Positions 51,643 to 60,078 are shown, counted from the stretch's first letter. The stretch is DNA of 64,000 nucleotides from Dehalococcoidia bacterium (GCA_965207865.1 CBDBNP010000006.1:843147-907146); one strand, 5' to 3'. A program made the numbers and translations. Notes: generated by a model from the sequence alone, not told the origin.

Positions 51643-52244
51643 ATGGGTGGGGGTTGTAAAGTGCACTGGTTGTAGATATAGTCCTCTGAGCCACCAACCC
51701 AGGTAAACCTGACGTCCCCATCTGTGAGAATCACCATACTGGCCCATCCCCCGGCCCTTCATCCCCAGTCTTTCACCCCAACCCTTTCTCTATCGGTGGA
51801 TTTGGGATAGGACATCCTGATTTGCCGACTTTTTCAACACTCCCGTCTCTGTAAATCGATAGTATTAGGAAGGACTTCCACTCTCGGGGTCTTCCAACTT
51901 CCTCGCGTATACGAGGGTTTACCCTCGCAACCCAGTGGTCTTAATAGCGCCGGTCGCCATACCTTTCCTCCAGGCGCTTTTTCCAGCCGTCTGCAGCAAC
52001 AAACCTGCACAAATCCTATCCATACCCTAAGTCTGGCTATATCCTATCCATTTCCTATCTATACCCTAGCCGCGTTTGGTTTATTTCCTATTTGTCTTCC
52101 CTTATCTTAATCATTAGACAACAGAGGGCAATTGGGAACATCTTCCTTTGCTCATCTGCTCATCAATTAGGATATAGATTGGATAAAGTGTATCGAATTG
52201 GGATAAGCAGAGCAGCAGCAACCGGTTCGCATCCGGCGCCATGG

Positions 52245-53519
52245 ATGGGAAGGCTGCTGGTCATCTCCCTTCTGGTGATGTTGAATCTACCGGTAATGTT
52301 GATCGGCACCACCGGAATGGACCAGTACGGTTTCTTTACCCTTGAACCAGTGGCGTCCCGGCCGTGGCCGCTGGCGCTCTCGATTGCGCTGAGTACATTT
52401 TCCGCCGGAGCGGGCTATTCGGTCTATCGTCTGTTGCAGAGGCGGGCCTGGTTCACCGGAAACAGGTACGAAGCTTACCATCGTAACGCAGTAGTCTTCG
52501 GGGTGCCGGTCGCCATCGCTTTTCTCCCGGCATTCTTTCTTACTGGTTACGAAGGCAAACCCCTAGTGGTGGGCGTGGCCGGAATCATGGCCGCTTCACT
52601 GTGTCTCACCGCCGCCCTCAATAACCGCGAGACCCCGCAAGACCCCGAAATGGCCCGCCTCTGGTTCGTTGTCTTCGCCGCCTTCATCCTCGTGTTGTTG
52701 ACACTATCAGTGTTGGGAATGCTGGCGATGTATTTCGTTGAGCATTCGCCTTCCGGCGGCAACTTTCTCTGGTCATGGGAATTCGACTGGAGCGATCTGG
52801 GATACCCGGCGGAAGAGTTCAGCCAGCGTTACCGGAACGGGCTGCTGGCCTTCGGCATCGCGGGAACCTTGTACATGACCGTTGGCCTCGGGGGCTCCAT
52901 GCTGGGAGCGGTTCTCAGGTGGACCAAGCCTGACGAAGAAAGGGCGGAAGAGGAAACGGCGACGCCACATCCGGCAGCGTCGGCTGAGGACTGGTTGGAT
53001 GCCGGAGAAGAGACGGCGCAGGAGTCCCCGGAGTTTGTGGTGGCGATGAACGGAGAAGAAACCTTCATCAGCCAAAGGGAGTACGAGAACCTTCTCGCCG
53101 AGAAAGACATACTCCTGCCCGACACCAGGCTACTGGTGGACAAAGCGTCGGGAACCGCCTTTGCCAAGAACGGCGGCAACTGGAAAAAAATTCCTTTTCG
53201 TGGCAGGCGCAAAGGCCCGTTCCAGTTGCTGTGCATCTATGCCCGGCACCCGGGAAGGCGGTTTACCACGGGAGAGCTGGAAGTCATGCTGCGGACTGAG
53301 CTGGACAACCGGGACGAGTTTAACGTCAGCGATTTCTTTGCTCAGTTGCGGAAGAGAACACCCTTGGTGCCCGTGCAGCGCGACGACGGCCGCTCCTATA
53401 TCCCGGATACGGTCAGCGTTTGCTTCCTGGACTATTTCCCTGCCTCCAAGTCCGCAGACGGAATCACCGCCTCCACGGAGGAATACCCTGACCTCCCAAA
53501 CAAGCTGGAGGGACCCTGA
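52245..53519 (+). CDS. polytopic membrane protein with cytoplasmic linker and C-terminal OmpR/PhoB-type winged-helix DNA-binding domain
   Basis: ATG 52245 (MGRLLVISLLVML...). ~7 hydrophobic segments in the first ~260 aa. The C-terminus GPFQLLCIYARHPGRRFTTGELEVML.......EFNVSDFFAQLRKR......VQRDDGRSYI parallels trans_reg_C (..E..LL..L....G.V.SR..L.......RTVDVHI..LRKK...I.TVRG.GY). Confidence 0.65.
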   Translation: MGRLLVISLLVMLNLPVMLIGTTGMDQYGFFTLEPVASRPWPLALSIALSTFSAGAGYSVYRLLQRRAWFTGNRYEAYHRNAVVFGVPVAIAFLPAFFLTGYEGKPLVVGVAGIMAASLCLTAALNNRETPQDPEMARLWFVVFAAFILVLLTLSVLGMLAMYFVEHSPSGGNFLWSWEFDWSDLGYPAEEFSQRYRNGLLAFGIAGTLYMTVGLGGSMLGAVLRWTKPDEERAEEETATPHPAASAEDWLDAGEETAQESPEFVVAMNGEETFISQREYENLLAEKDILLPDTRLLVDKASGTAFAKNGGNWKKIPFRGRRKGPFQLLCIYARHPGRRFTTGELEVMLRTELDNRDEFNVSDFFAQLRKRTPLVPVQRDDGRSYIPDTVSVCFLDYFPASKSADGITASTEEYPDLPNKLEGP

Positions 53520-53551
53520 CAACCTCCTCCTCGAAGCTGAACCGGCAAATC

Positions 53552-55431
53552 CTAGAAATCTGGCCGGAAAGTGGCGGTGGCCGGGCTGGCGGGTATAGTG
53601 GTGTCAACAAGCATGACGAGGGCTGAGAATGCTGGGAGAGCGTTCGGACCAGAGGGGTCTTTGGGAAGCAGACCGGCTGTATCTGGACCACGTGGGGCGG
53701 GATACCTTCTACGGTCTGCTGGCCTCGCTGCGGGGCCGGCTGTTCCGGGACGCGGATTTCGCCGAGTTCTACTGCGCCGACAACGGCCGGGACAGCGTGC
53801 CGCCCAGTCTGCTGGCCACTGCCCTGCTGCTGCAGGCCCACGACAAGGTGAGCGACGCCGAGGCCAAGGCCCGGGCCGACTTCGACATCCGCTGGAAGGT
53901 GGCGTTGGGGATTGAGGTCGAGGACAGGCCCTTCGCCAAGAGCACGTTGCAGGTATTCCGCGCCCAGTTGATCCTGCACGACAAGGTGCGGGAGGTATTC
54001 GAGTCCAGCCTGCGGCTGGCCCGTGAGGCTGGTTACCTGAAGCGGGGTCGTGGTATGCGGGTGGCGCTGGACACCACATACATTCTGGGACGCGGCGCGG
54101 TCAAGGACACCTACAATCTATTGGGCGACGGTATCGCGAAGCTGATGCGGGCACTGACATCGGTGGAAGGAGTTCCCCTGCGGCAATGGGCTGAGGCCCA
54201 CGGCTACGACCGTTACGTGGGCAGCAGCGTGAAGGGTGAAGCGGCCATTGACTGGTCGGATCGACAGGCGCGGCGGGAGCTGCTCGGAGAGATCGTGGCC
54301 GATGCCGACCAGCTTTTGGAACTGGCCCGGCTGGACCAGGCTGGGCTGCCTGCGGACAGCGTCGAGCGGCAAGCGATAGTTGAGGCGGCGGAGCTGCTGG
54401 GCCGGTTGCTGCTCCAGGACGTGAAGCGCGGGGTGGACGGCGCTGGCGATGCTGACGCTGACAGCGAGGTGAGCCTCAGTGGGGTGAGCAAGGACCGGAT
54501 GGTGTCGGTGCATGATCCGGATATGCGCCACGGGCATAAGAGCAAGCAGCGTCGCTTTGACGGGCACAAGGCCGCCGTGGTGGTGGACACCGACACCCAG
54601 TTGATCACCGCGGTGGACGTGCTGGCGGGCAACGCTTGGGACAGCGTGGGCGCCCTGGAACTGGTGGAGCAGAGCGAGGCCAGCGCGGGCGTGCCAGTGG
54701 TGGAAGCCATGGGCGACACGGCCTACGGCGATGGAGGCACCCGTCAGGAGTTCGCCGATGCGGGCCGCAAGCTGGTAGCTCGGGTGCCTGGCCGCCCGGA
54801 CCGGCAGCGCTTTCCCAAGGATGACTTTGTCATTGACCTGGCGGCGGGCAGTTGCACCTGTCCGGCGGGGCAGGTCACCCACAAAATCGTGCCGGCGGGA
54901 AAGCGGACTGATGCCGCGGGACGGGTCCACCACCTGCGGGCATTCCAGTTCGACGGGTCCGAATGCATGAGCTGTCCACTGCGGTCCCAGTGCATCTCGG
55001 CCAAAGGCAGGAAGGGACGATGGGTGCTGATCCATCCCCAGGAAGCCCTGCTGCAGAAGGCCCGGGCCCTGCAACAGAGCGCTGCCTACGACGAATATCG
55101 AGGACGGCGAGTGGTGGTGGAACACAGATTGGCCCGGCTGGTCCATCTGGGCATCCGCCAGTCCCGCTATTTTGGTAGAGCCAAGACTAAATTCCAGCTG
55201 TATCTGGCGGCCACGGTGGCCAACCTGACCCTGGTGGCGGGGAAGGCCAGCCTGACAGGGGGCACCGGCGGCAGTTGCAGTGTCGGCAGCTCACTGCGCA
55301 TAAAGGCCATCCGTTCCGCTTATGACTTCGTCCCCGCACGGCTCGGTCAAGTCACGCCCCTGGCCCTGCTTGCGTTGGCCTCACTGCCGAAATTCATCTC
55401 CCCAAACAAGGCTTTCCGGCCAGATTTCTAG
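53552..55431 (+). mobile_element. intact IS1182/IS5-type insertion sequence (1880 bp) with 20-bp perfect terminal inverted repeats
   Basis: CTAGAAATCTGGCCGGAAAG at 53552-53571 and its exact reverse complement at 55412-55431. The outer CTAG could instead be a 4-bp target duplication with 16-bp IRs. The transposase stop lies inside the right IR. Confidence 0.85.
53629..55431 (+). CDS. IS1182/IS5-family DDE transposase
   Basis: 600 aa. N-terminal DUF772-like module (FYC.DNGRDSVPPSLLATALLLQAHDKVSDAEA......D.RWK.ALG), D..MRHGHKS, AMGDTAYG, Cys cluster C.CP...C..CPLRSQC, C-terminal RVVVEHRLARL...G.RQSRY.G..K...Q......V.NL. Confidence 0.85.
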   Translation: MLGERSDQRGLWEADRLYLDHVGRDTFYGLLASLRGRLFRDADFAEFYCADNGRDSVPPSLLATALLLQAHDKVSDAEAKARADFDIRWKVALGIEVEDRPFAKSTLQVFRAQLILHDKVREVFESSLRLAREAGYLKRGRGMRVALDTTYILGRGAVKDTYNLLGDGIAKLMRALTSVEGVPLRQWAEAHGYDRYVGSSVKGEAAIDWSDRQARRELLGEIVADADQLLELARLDQAGLPADSVERQAIVEAAELLGRLLLQDVKRGVDGAGDADADSEVSLSGVSKDRMVSVHDPDMRHGHKSKQRRFDGHKAAVVVDTDTQLITAVDVLAGNAWDSVGALELVEQSEASAGVPVVEAMGDTAYGDGGTRQEFADAGRKLVARVPGRPDRQRFPKDDFVIDLAAGSCTCPAGQVTHKIVPAGKRTDAAGRVHHLRAFQFDGSECMSCPLRSQCISAKGRKGRWVLIHPQEALLQKARALQQSAAYDEYRGRRVVVEHRLARLVHLGIRQSRYFGRAKTKFQLYLAATVANLTLVAGKASLTGGTGGSCSVGSSLRIKAIRSAYDFVPARLGQVTPLALLALASLPKFISPNKAFRPDF

Positions 55432-55679
55432 AGCGTGTTTACAAACTCTGCCGGCGAAGACATTTGGGTATTGGCGCGGTTGTTTGATGCCAGGATTTCA
55501 CCCTCACCCTCAAGGGAGAGGGGATATTGCAGGTTAATTCCGCCCTATTTTCGGTTTGTAAACATACCCTTGTTATATCCTAGCTATAACCTAGCCACTT
55601 TCGGTTCATTCTAGCCTCTGCGTCAGTAATAATCAGGAAGGGTCAACTATGACCATCTCATCCTGAAGGAGGCGCCTCA

Positions 55680-56036
55680 ATGACCACACCCGAAAATTCC
55701 GCTCAGGCTGGACAGCAGTCCCTGAGCGGCCTGACCGTCCTCAACCTCGGCATCGCTCTCACCATGAGCCTATTGATGTCCACGTTGCTGACTCTCCTCT
55801 CTGCGTCCGGAGATATTGACGAAGGCCTCGGAAAGACATCGTTGGTTTTTCCATTCCTTGTCATTCTTCTGGCAGTTGCCACAGCCACCTTTTCCTTCTG
55901 GCATACCACCATTGCCGCTTCACGTGAAGGGTTGAAAAACGCTATTAGGTTGACAAGCTGGATCCTCACTTTTGTCACGCTGGGGTTTGGCTTCATTTCG
56001 CTGATTCTGATGGTAGTTGTGGTTTTCAAACTCTGA
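55680..56036 (+). CDS. small membrane protein (3-4 TM), unknown function
   Basis: 118 aa. GAAGGAGG SD 7 nt before the ATG. Hydrophobic segments LTVLNLGIALTMSLLMSTLLTLL, LVFPFLVILLAVATATFSFW, WILTFVTLGFGFISLILMVVVVF. Confidence 0.65.
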   Translation: MTTPENSAQAGQQSLSGLTVLNLGIALTMSLLMSTLLTLLSASGDIDEGLGKTSLVFPFLVILLAVATATFSFWHTTIAASREGLKNAIRLTSWILTFVTLGFGFISLILMVVVVFKL

Positions 56037-56234
56037 TGGCCGCAAAGTCCGCCTGTCCTGCTTCTTCGGGCCGCGTCCCGGCGAAGCGGGGCAGCGCATT
56101 TTTGGGCGAATCGTAGCGGCGGTAAATGTCGTGGACAATCGCTGAACTTACCCAATCTACTGACCGCCAAGCCTGCCTTCATGCGGCCGACAGCAAGACC
56201 CCATGGCAAGACCCCATCGGATTAGGAGTGAACC

Positions 56235-56762
56235 ATGCCCAAAATTCTCGGCGTCCTGATTCTGGCGGCCCTGGCCGTAGTTCTTGCCTGCGGCGGAGGT
56301 GGCGAGCGGCTAACCGTTCGAGAGTATGCAGAAGAGTGCGGGGACTTGGGAGTACAACTTTCCGGTTTCAACCTCGACTTGGACGACATAATTGAGGATT
56401 CCGACGATGCTGAAAAGGCGATTGAGGATCTTCGAGATTTCATTGGCGAATACGAAAGACTAAATCCGCCTTCTTCGCTTCAAGACCTTCACGACGCTCG
56501 CCTAGAGTTGATGGATTTCCTGGATGATGAAGTCCTCCCCATCATGGAAGATGTCTTGCCTCTCGTAGAGGATGCGTTGTCAGCCCTGGAAGATGGGGAT
56601 GAAGACGAACTCGAAAAGCTTCAGGAAGAATTTGAGGAATTTGAGGATGCCTTTGAGGACCTGGAGGAAGAAGCTGACGATCTAGCTGCGGAAGCTGAAG
56701 AGCAGTTCGAAGACTTGTCATCCAGGAATCAGGAAATTTTGGAAGATTCGGATTGCGGATAA
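56235..56762 (+). CDS. highly acidic lipoprotein, predicted helical, unknown function
   Basis: 175 aa. Signal + lipobox MPKILGVLILAALAVVLAC. The mature part is ~40% Asp/Glu by eye, with heptad-like EDLxxF/ELxxF patterns. AGGAG SD. Confidence 0.7.
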   Translation: MPKILGVLILAALAVVLACGGGGERLTVREYAEECGDLGVQLSGFNLDLDDIIEDSDDAEKAIEDLRDFIGEYERLNPPSSLQDLHDARLELMDFLDDEVLPIMEDVLPLVEDALSALEDGDEDELEKLQEEFEEFEDAFEDLEEEADDLAAEAEEQFEDLSSRNQEILEDSDCG

Positions 56763-56817
56763 ATCTCGGAGCATCTTCATTCGCTGGCGGGGCGATAATG
56801 CCCTATTGATAATGCTT

Positions 56818-56892
56818 CCCGAATCCGCCAATAGCAACTCTGTCTCGAATGTCAAGAGGAATGACCGATCAAAGCGGTAGCTCTACTAAACT
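56818..56892 (+). repeat. 75-bp duplicate of the 5' end (leader + first 15 codons) of the LRR lipoprotein gene
   Basis: 70/75 identical to 58191-58265 (CCCGAATCCGCCAATAGCAACTCT.TCTCGAATGTCAAGAGGAATGACCG.TCAAAGCGGTAG...). Both contain ATG-TCA-AGA-GGA-ATG-ACC (MSRGMT). Confidence 0.85.
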
Positions 56893-57072
56893 AAATCCAA
56901 GGTGGGATGTGCATTTATGCACGACGATGATCAACTGCGTTGGGCCGGCGCCCCTCTCTCAGCCGTACCTGGAAAATGACCCGGCTCCGTCAGTTGACCC
57001 CTACCGTCTGCGCATTTCACCTTGGCTTTGGTTTAGGTTTTATACAAAGTCTAGTTAAGGGAGGTATCCAAT

Positions 57073-57384
57073 ATGGAAAGACCCATGAATGTCACAATAA
57101 GCGCCAGCCGCCTCGGCGGGCTGATTGGATTTATATCCGGCAACAGCAAGAGACGCACCATTGAACGCGGAATACAATCACTGAACCGCAACGGCTACCA
57201 TGTGATCATGGTCGTGGACGACGAGTGGGGCTCCCTGGGCTTAATCCTCCGACTTCTTCTCCTCATTGTCACCCTGGGCCTGTTTACCCTCGAACCAGGC
57301 CATATTGTCATCGGTGAAAGGGACGAGGAACCATCACCGGCGCGCACGGCAACCCCCAGAGCCAGAGTCCAGGTGGGGAACTAA
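57073..57384 (+). CDS. small protein with C-terminal hydrophobic hairpin, unknown function
   Basis: 103 aa. AAGGGAGG SD. LGLILRLLLLIVTLGLFTL hydrophobic segment. 4-nt gap to the next ORF. Confidence 0.5.
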   Translation: MERPMNVTISASRLGGLIGFISGNSKRRTIERGIQSLNRNGYHVIMVVDDEWGSLGLILRLLLLIVTLGLFTLEPGHIVIGERDEEPSPARTATPRARVQVGN

Positions 57385-57388
57385 AACA

Positions 57389-57838
57389 ATGTACGAGCAG
57401 AAGGAAAACGGGTTCGACCAGTTGATCGAGTCAATCGGCGGCTATAACCGCAGAACCATAGGTATCATCTTTGCTGCCGGAATTATCACCGGAACAGTCG
57501 GGGGGGCAATAGTCGGATTCATGTTCCTTATACTGTTGGTCTTCATTGCGGTCCTGGTAGCAGTCATCGTGCTGATCGCACGCGCACGGCGAAGGGACAC
57601 AGCCTCCAGCGAAGCAATCCAGCAGCCTGTCCAGCCGGTCAGGAATCCAACGCCGCCGCCGGCCGCGAGACCAACTCACGTTCCGGCACTGGAACGCCGC
57701 ATCCTCACAATAGTGAACAGCGGCAACGAAAATCTATCGGCCAGCGCCCTAGCCGAGGAATTTCAGGTGTCAACAGATTTCGTCCGCGAGACGGTCCAGA
57801 ATATGGCCGATCGCGGCCTTTTCAATTTGGAAGAGTGA
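57389..57838 (+). CDS. membrane-anchored protein with C-terminal winged-helix-like domain
   Basis: 149 aa from ATG 57389. TM IGIIFAAGIITGTVGGAIVGFMFLILLVFIAVLVAVIVLIA, Pro-rich linker, then LERRILTIVNSGNENLSASALAEEFQVSTDFVRETVQNMADRGL (MarR/TrmB-like HTH pattern). Confidence 0.55.
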   Translation: MYEQKENGFDQLIESIGGYNRRTIGIIFAAGIITGTVGGAIVGFMFLILLVFIAVLVAVIVLIARARRRDTASSEAIQQPVQPVRNPTPPPAARPTHVPALERRILTIVNSGNENLSASALAEEFQVSTDFVRETVQNMADRGLFNLEE

Positions 57839-57878
57839 AGCCAGGTCCATGATGGAGAAATGGCGCAAGACTCTCTGA

Positions 57879-58053
57879 GAGCCGCCGGGCGATGTGCCCG
57901 GTGTAAGCATCCAGCTTCTTTCCCCGCGGCTGGGGCCGGATCGCCTCAGGCGACCTCAGATAGCGCGATACCGTGTTCCGGGCAAGACCCAATTTCCGAT
58001 CGATCGCCCGAGCCGATTGGCCCCCCTCCCTTCGCCTCGTCAATCTCTTTCAC
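57879..58053 (-). pseudogene. IS21-family IstA transposase N-terminal HTH remnant (frameshifted, truncated)
   Basis: Minus strand: VKEIDEAK then, after a shift in a G-run, REGGQSARAIDRKLGLARNTVSRYLRSPEAIRPQPRGKKLDAYTGHIARRL. This parallels IstA N-termini (I..L...G.S.R.IA..LG.SRNTV.KYL......P....R..SKLDP....I...L). Nothing of the DDE domain follows. Confidence 0.6.
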
Positions 58054-58221
58054 CTGTCCACATCTTAGCAAATTGTCCAATGCACCCCCGCAGATTCTCC
58101 GCAGATGAGGCACTCGCTATCGGGGGGCTTATTTCTATTTCGTAACTAACACATTGGAGGAGGTCTCGAAGAGCCCGTGTCAAGAATCAACCCGAATCCG
58201 CCAATAGCAACTCTATCTCGA

Positions 58222-59979
58222 ATGTCAAGAGGAATGACCGGTCAAAGCGGTAGGTCTACCAGACTGGCGAGACGGCTTGCCCTGCTGGGTGTTGTTCTTA
58301 CGCTGGCGCTGTCGGCAATCCTCATGGCCTGCGGCGGCGACTCCACCGAATCCGGCGGGGAGGATCGGCCCCCCACTCGGTCGCAGCCTGCCGACGCGGG
58401 GGAGTCCCCCGGAGAGGCGGAACCCAACGGCCCGCCAGTCACCCCCCTCGCCGAACCAGAGGGCACCCAAGAGGCTAACCCCGAACCCACGCGCCAAGGA
58501 ATCTTCGGCGCCGGCAGCCAGTCCACCGCCGGGCCGGAGGCCACCGATGAGCCGACGGCTACCAGACGCCCCCTGCTGACCTTTGGGCCGACATCGGCAG
58601 CAACGGACCGGGAGGCGCTGGTTGCCCTCTACAACGCAACGGACGGTCCGAACTGGGACGACGATGTCAACTGGCTGAGCGACGCGCCCCTGAACGAATG
58701 GTATGGCGTCACCACCAACGACGACGGGCGCGTTACGGAGCTGGACCCCGACTTTAACGAGTTGAGCGGGGAGATACCGCCGGAGCTGGGCAGCCTTGCC
58801 AACCTGGAAAGGCTGTACCTTGACGGGAACGGGTTGAGCGGTGAGATACCGCCGGAGTTGGGCAGCCTCGCCAATCTGACAGGGTTGAGCCTCAGCGGGA
58901 ACGAGTTGAGTGGTGAGATACCGTCGGAGTCGGGCAGCCTCGCCAATCTGACAGGGTTGAGCCTCAGCGGGAACGAGTTGAGCGGTGAGATACCCCCGGA
59001 GTTGGGCAACCTCGCCAACCTGACACGGCTGAGCCTCGAAGGGAACGAGTTGAGCGGAGAGATACCGCCGGAGCTGGGCAACCTCACCAGCCTGACAAGT
59101 CTGTTCCTCTACGAGAACGAGTTGAGCGGGGAGATACCGCCGGAGCTGGGCGGCCTCGCCAACCTGGAAAGGCTGATCATCCACGGAAACGAGTTGAGCG
59201 GGGAGATACCGCCAGAACTGGGCAGCCTCGCCAACCTGACACGGCTGCGGCTCGACGACAACCAGTTGAGCGGTGAGATACCCCCGGAGTTGGGCGGCCT
59301 CGCCGGCCTGGAAGAGCTGAGACTCTACGACAACCAGTTGAGCGGTGAGATACCCCTGGAGTTGGGCAACCTCGCCAATCTGCAAGGGCTGAGCCTCAGC
59401 GGGAACGGGTTGAGCGGTGAGATACCCCCGGAGTTGGGCAACCTCGCCAACCTGACATGGCTGAGCCTCAGCGGGAACGAGTTGAGCGGTGAGATACCGT
59501 CAGAGCTGAGCAACCTCGCCAACCTGGAATCGCTTTGGCTCAGAGAAAATCAGTTGAGCGAGATACCGCCGGAGTTGGGCAGCCTCGCCAACCTGGAAAA
59601 GCTGAGACTCGAAACGAACCAGTTGAGCGAGATACCGCCGGAGTTGGGCAGCCTCGCCAACCTGGAATCGCTGCACCTCAGTGGGAACCAGTTGAGCGAG
59701 ATACCGCCGGAACTGGGCAGCCTCGCCAACCTGACAGTGCTGGACCTCAGTGGGAACCAGTTGAGCGAGATACCTCCGGAACTGGGCAGCCTCGCCAACC
59801 TGATATTTCTGTCCCTCCGCGATAACCAGTTGAGCGAGATACCTCCGGAACTGGGCAACCTTGCCAACCTGGAAGCCCTGGACATCTTCGGGAACCAGTT
59901 GAGCGGTTGCGTGCCAAGCAGCCTGGCAGGCCAGTTGGATCTTCACCGCTCTTACCTTGACGACCTGCCCTTCTGCTGA
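58222..59979 (+). CDS. leucine-rich repeat lipoprotein (about 17 24-residue LSGEIPPELG-type repeats, then five or six 23-residue LSEIPPELG repeats)
   Basis: ATG 58222 (MSRGMTGQSGRSTRLARRLALLGVVLTLALSAILMAC, lipobox LMAC). Low-complexity linker, cap DREALVALYNATDGPNWDDDVNWLSDAPLNEWYGVTTNDDGRVTEL, then the LRR array. Confidence 0.85.
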   Translation: MSRGMTGQSGRSTRLARRLALLGVVLTLALSAILMACGGDSTESGGEDRPPTRSQPADAGESPGEAEPNGPPVTPLAEPEGTQEANPEPTRQGIFGAGSQSTAGPEATDEPTATRRPLLTFGPTSAATDREALVALYNATDGPNWDDDVNWLSDAPLNEWYGVTTNDDGRVTELDPDFNELSGEIPPELGSLANLERLYLDGNGLSGEIPPELGSLANLTGLSLSGNELSGEIPSESGSLANLTGLSLSGNELSGEIPPELGNLANLTRLSLEGNELSGEIPPELGNLTSLTSLFLYENELSGEIPPELGGLANLERLIIHGNELSGEIPPELGSLANLTRLRLDDNQLSGEIPPELGGLAGLEELRLYDNQLSGEIPLELGNLANLQGLSLSGNGLSGEIPPELGNLANLTWLSLSGNELSGEIPSELSNLANLESLWLRENQLSEIPPELGSLANLEKLRLETNQLSEIPPELGSLANLESLHLSGNQLSEIPPELGSLANLTVLDLSGNQLSEIPPELGSLANLIFLSLRDNQLSEIPPELGNLANLEALDIFGNQLSGCVPSSLAGQLDLHRSYLDDLPFC

Positions 59980-60078
59980 AGCCAGCAGTTCTCAGCCGGG
60001 GGTGGGCGGCATACCGGCCTTGCAGGCGCTCCCGGCGCGTGTTGGCTATGGCGCAATTGAGACTAGGAGGTAGAGAAA

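Noticed and set aside
54118-55146. 342-aa minus-strand ORF inside the IS1182-type element
   Set aside because: Antisense to the intact 600-aa transposase. No motif.
58225-59385. Long minus-strand ORFs across the LRR genes (58225..59385, 59500..59946, 61033..62883, 62949..63623)
   Set aside because: They are periodic antisense readings of the LRR/RCC1 DNA repeats (QLRRYLPAQLV... iterations). The plus-strand frames give lipoprotein signals and canonical LRR consensus.
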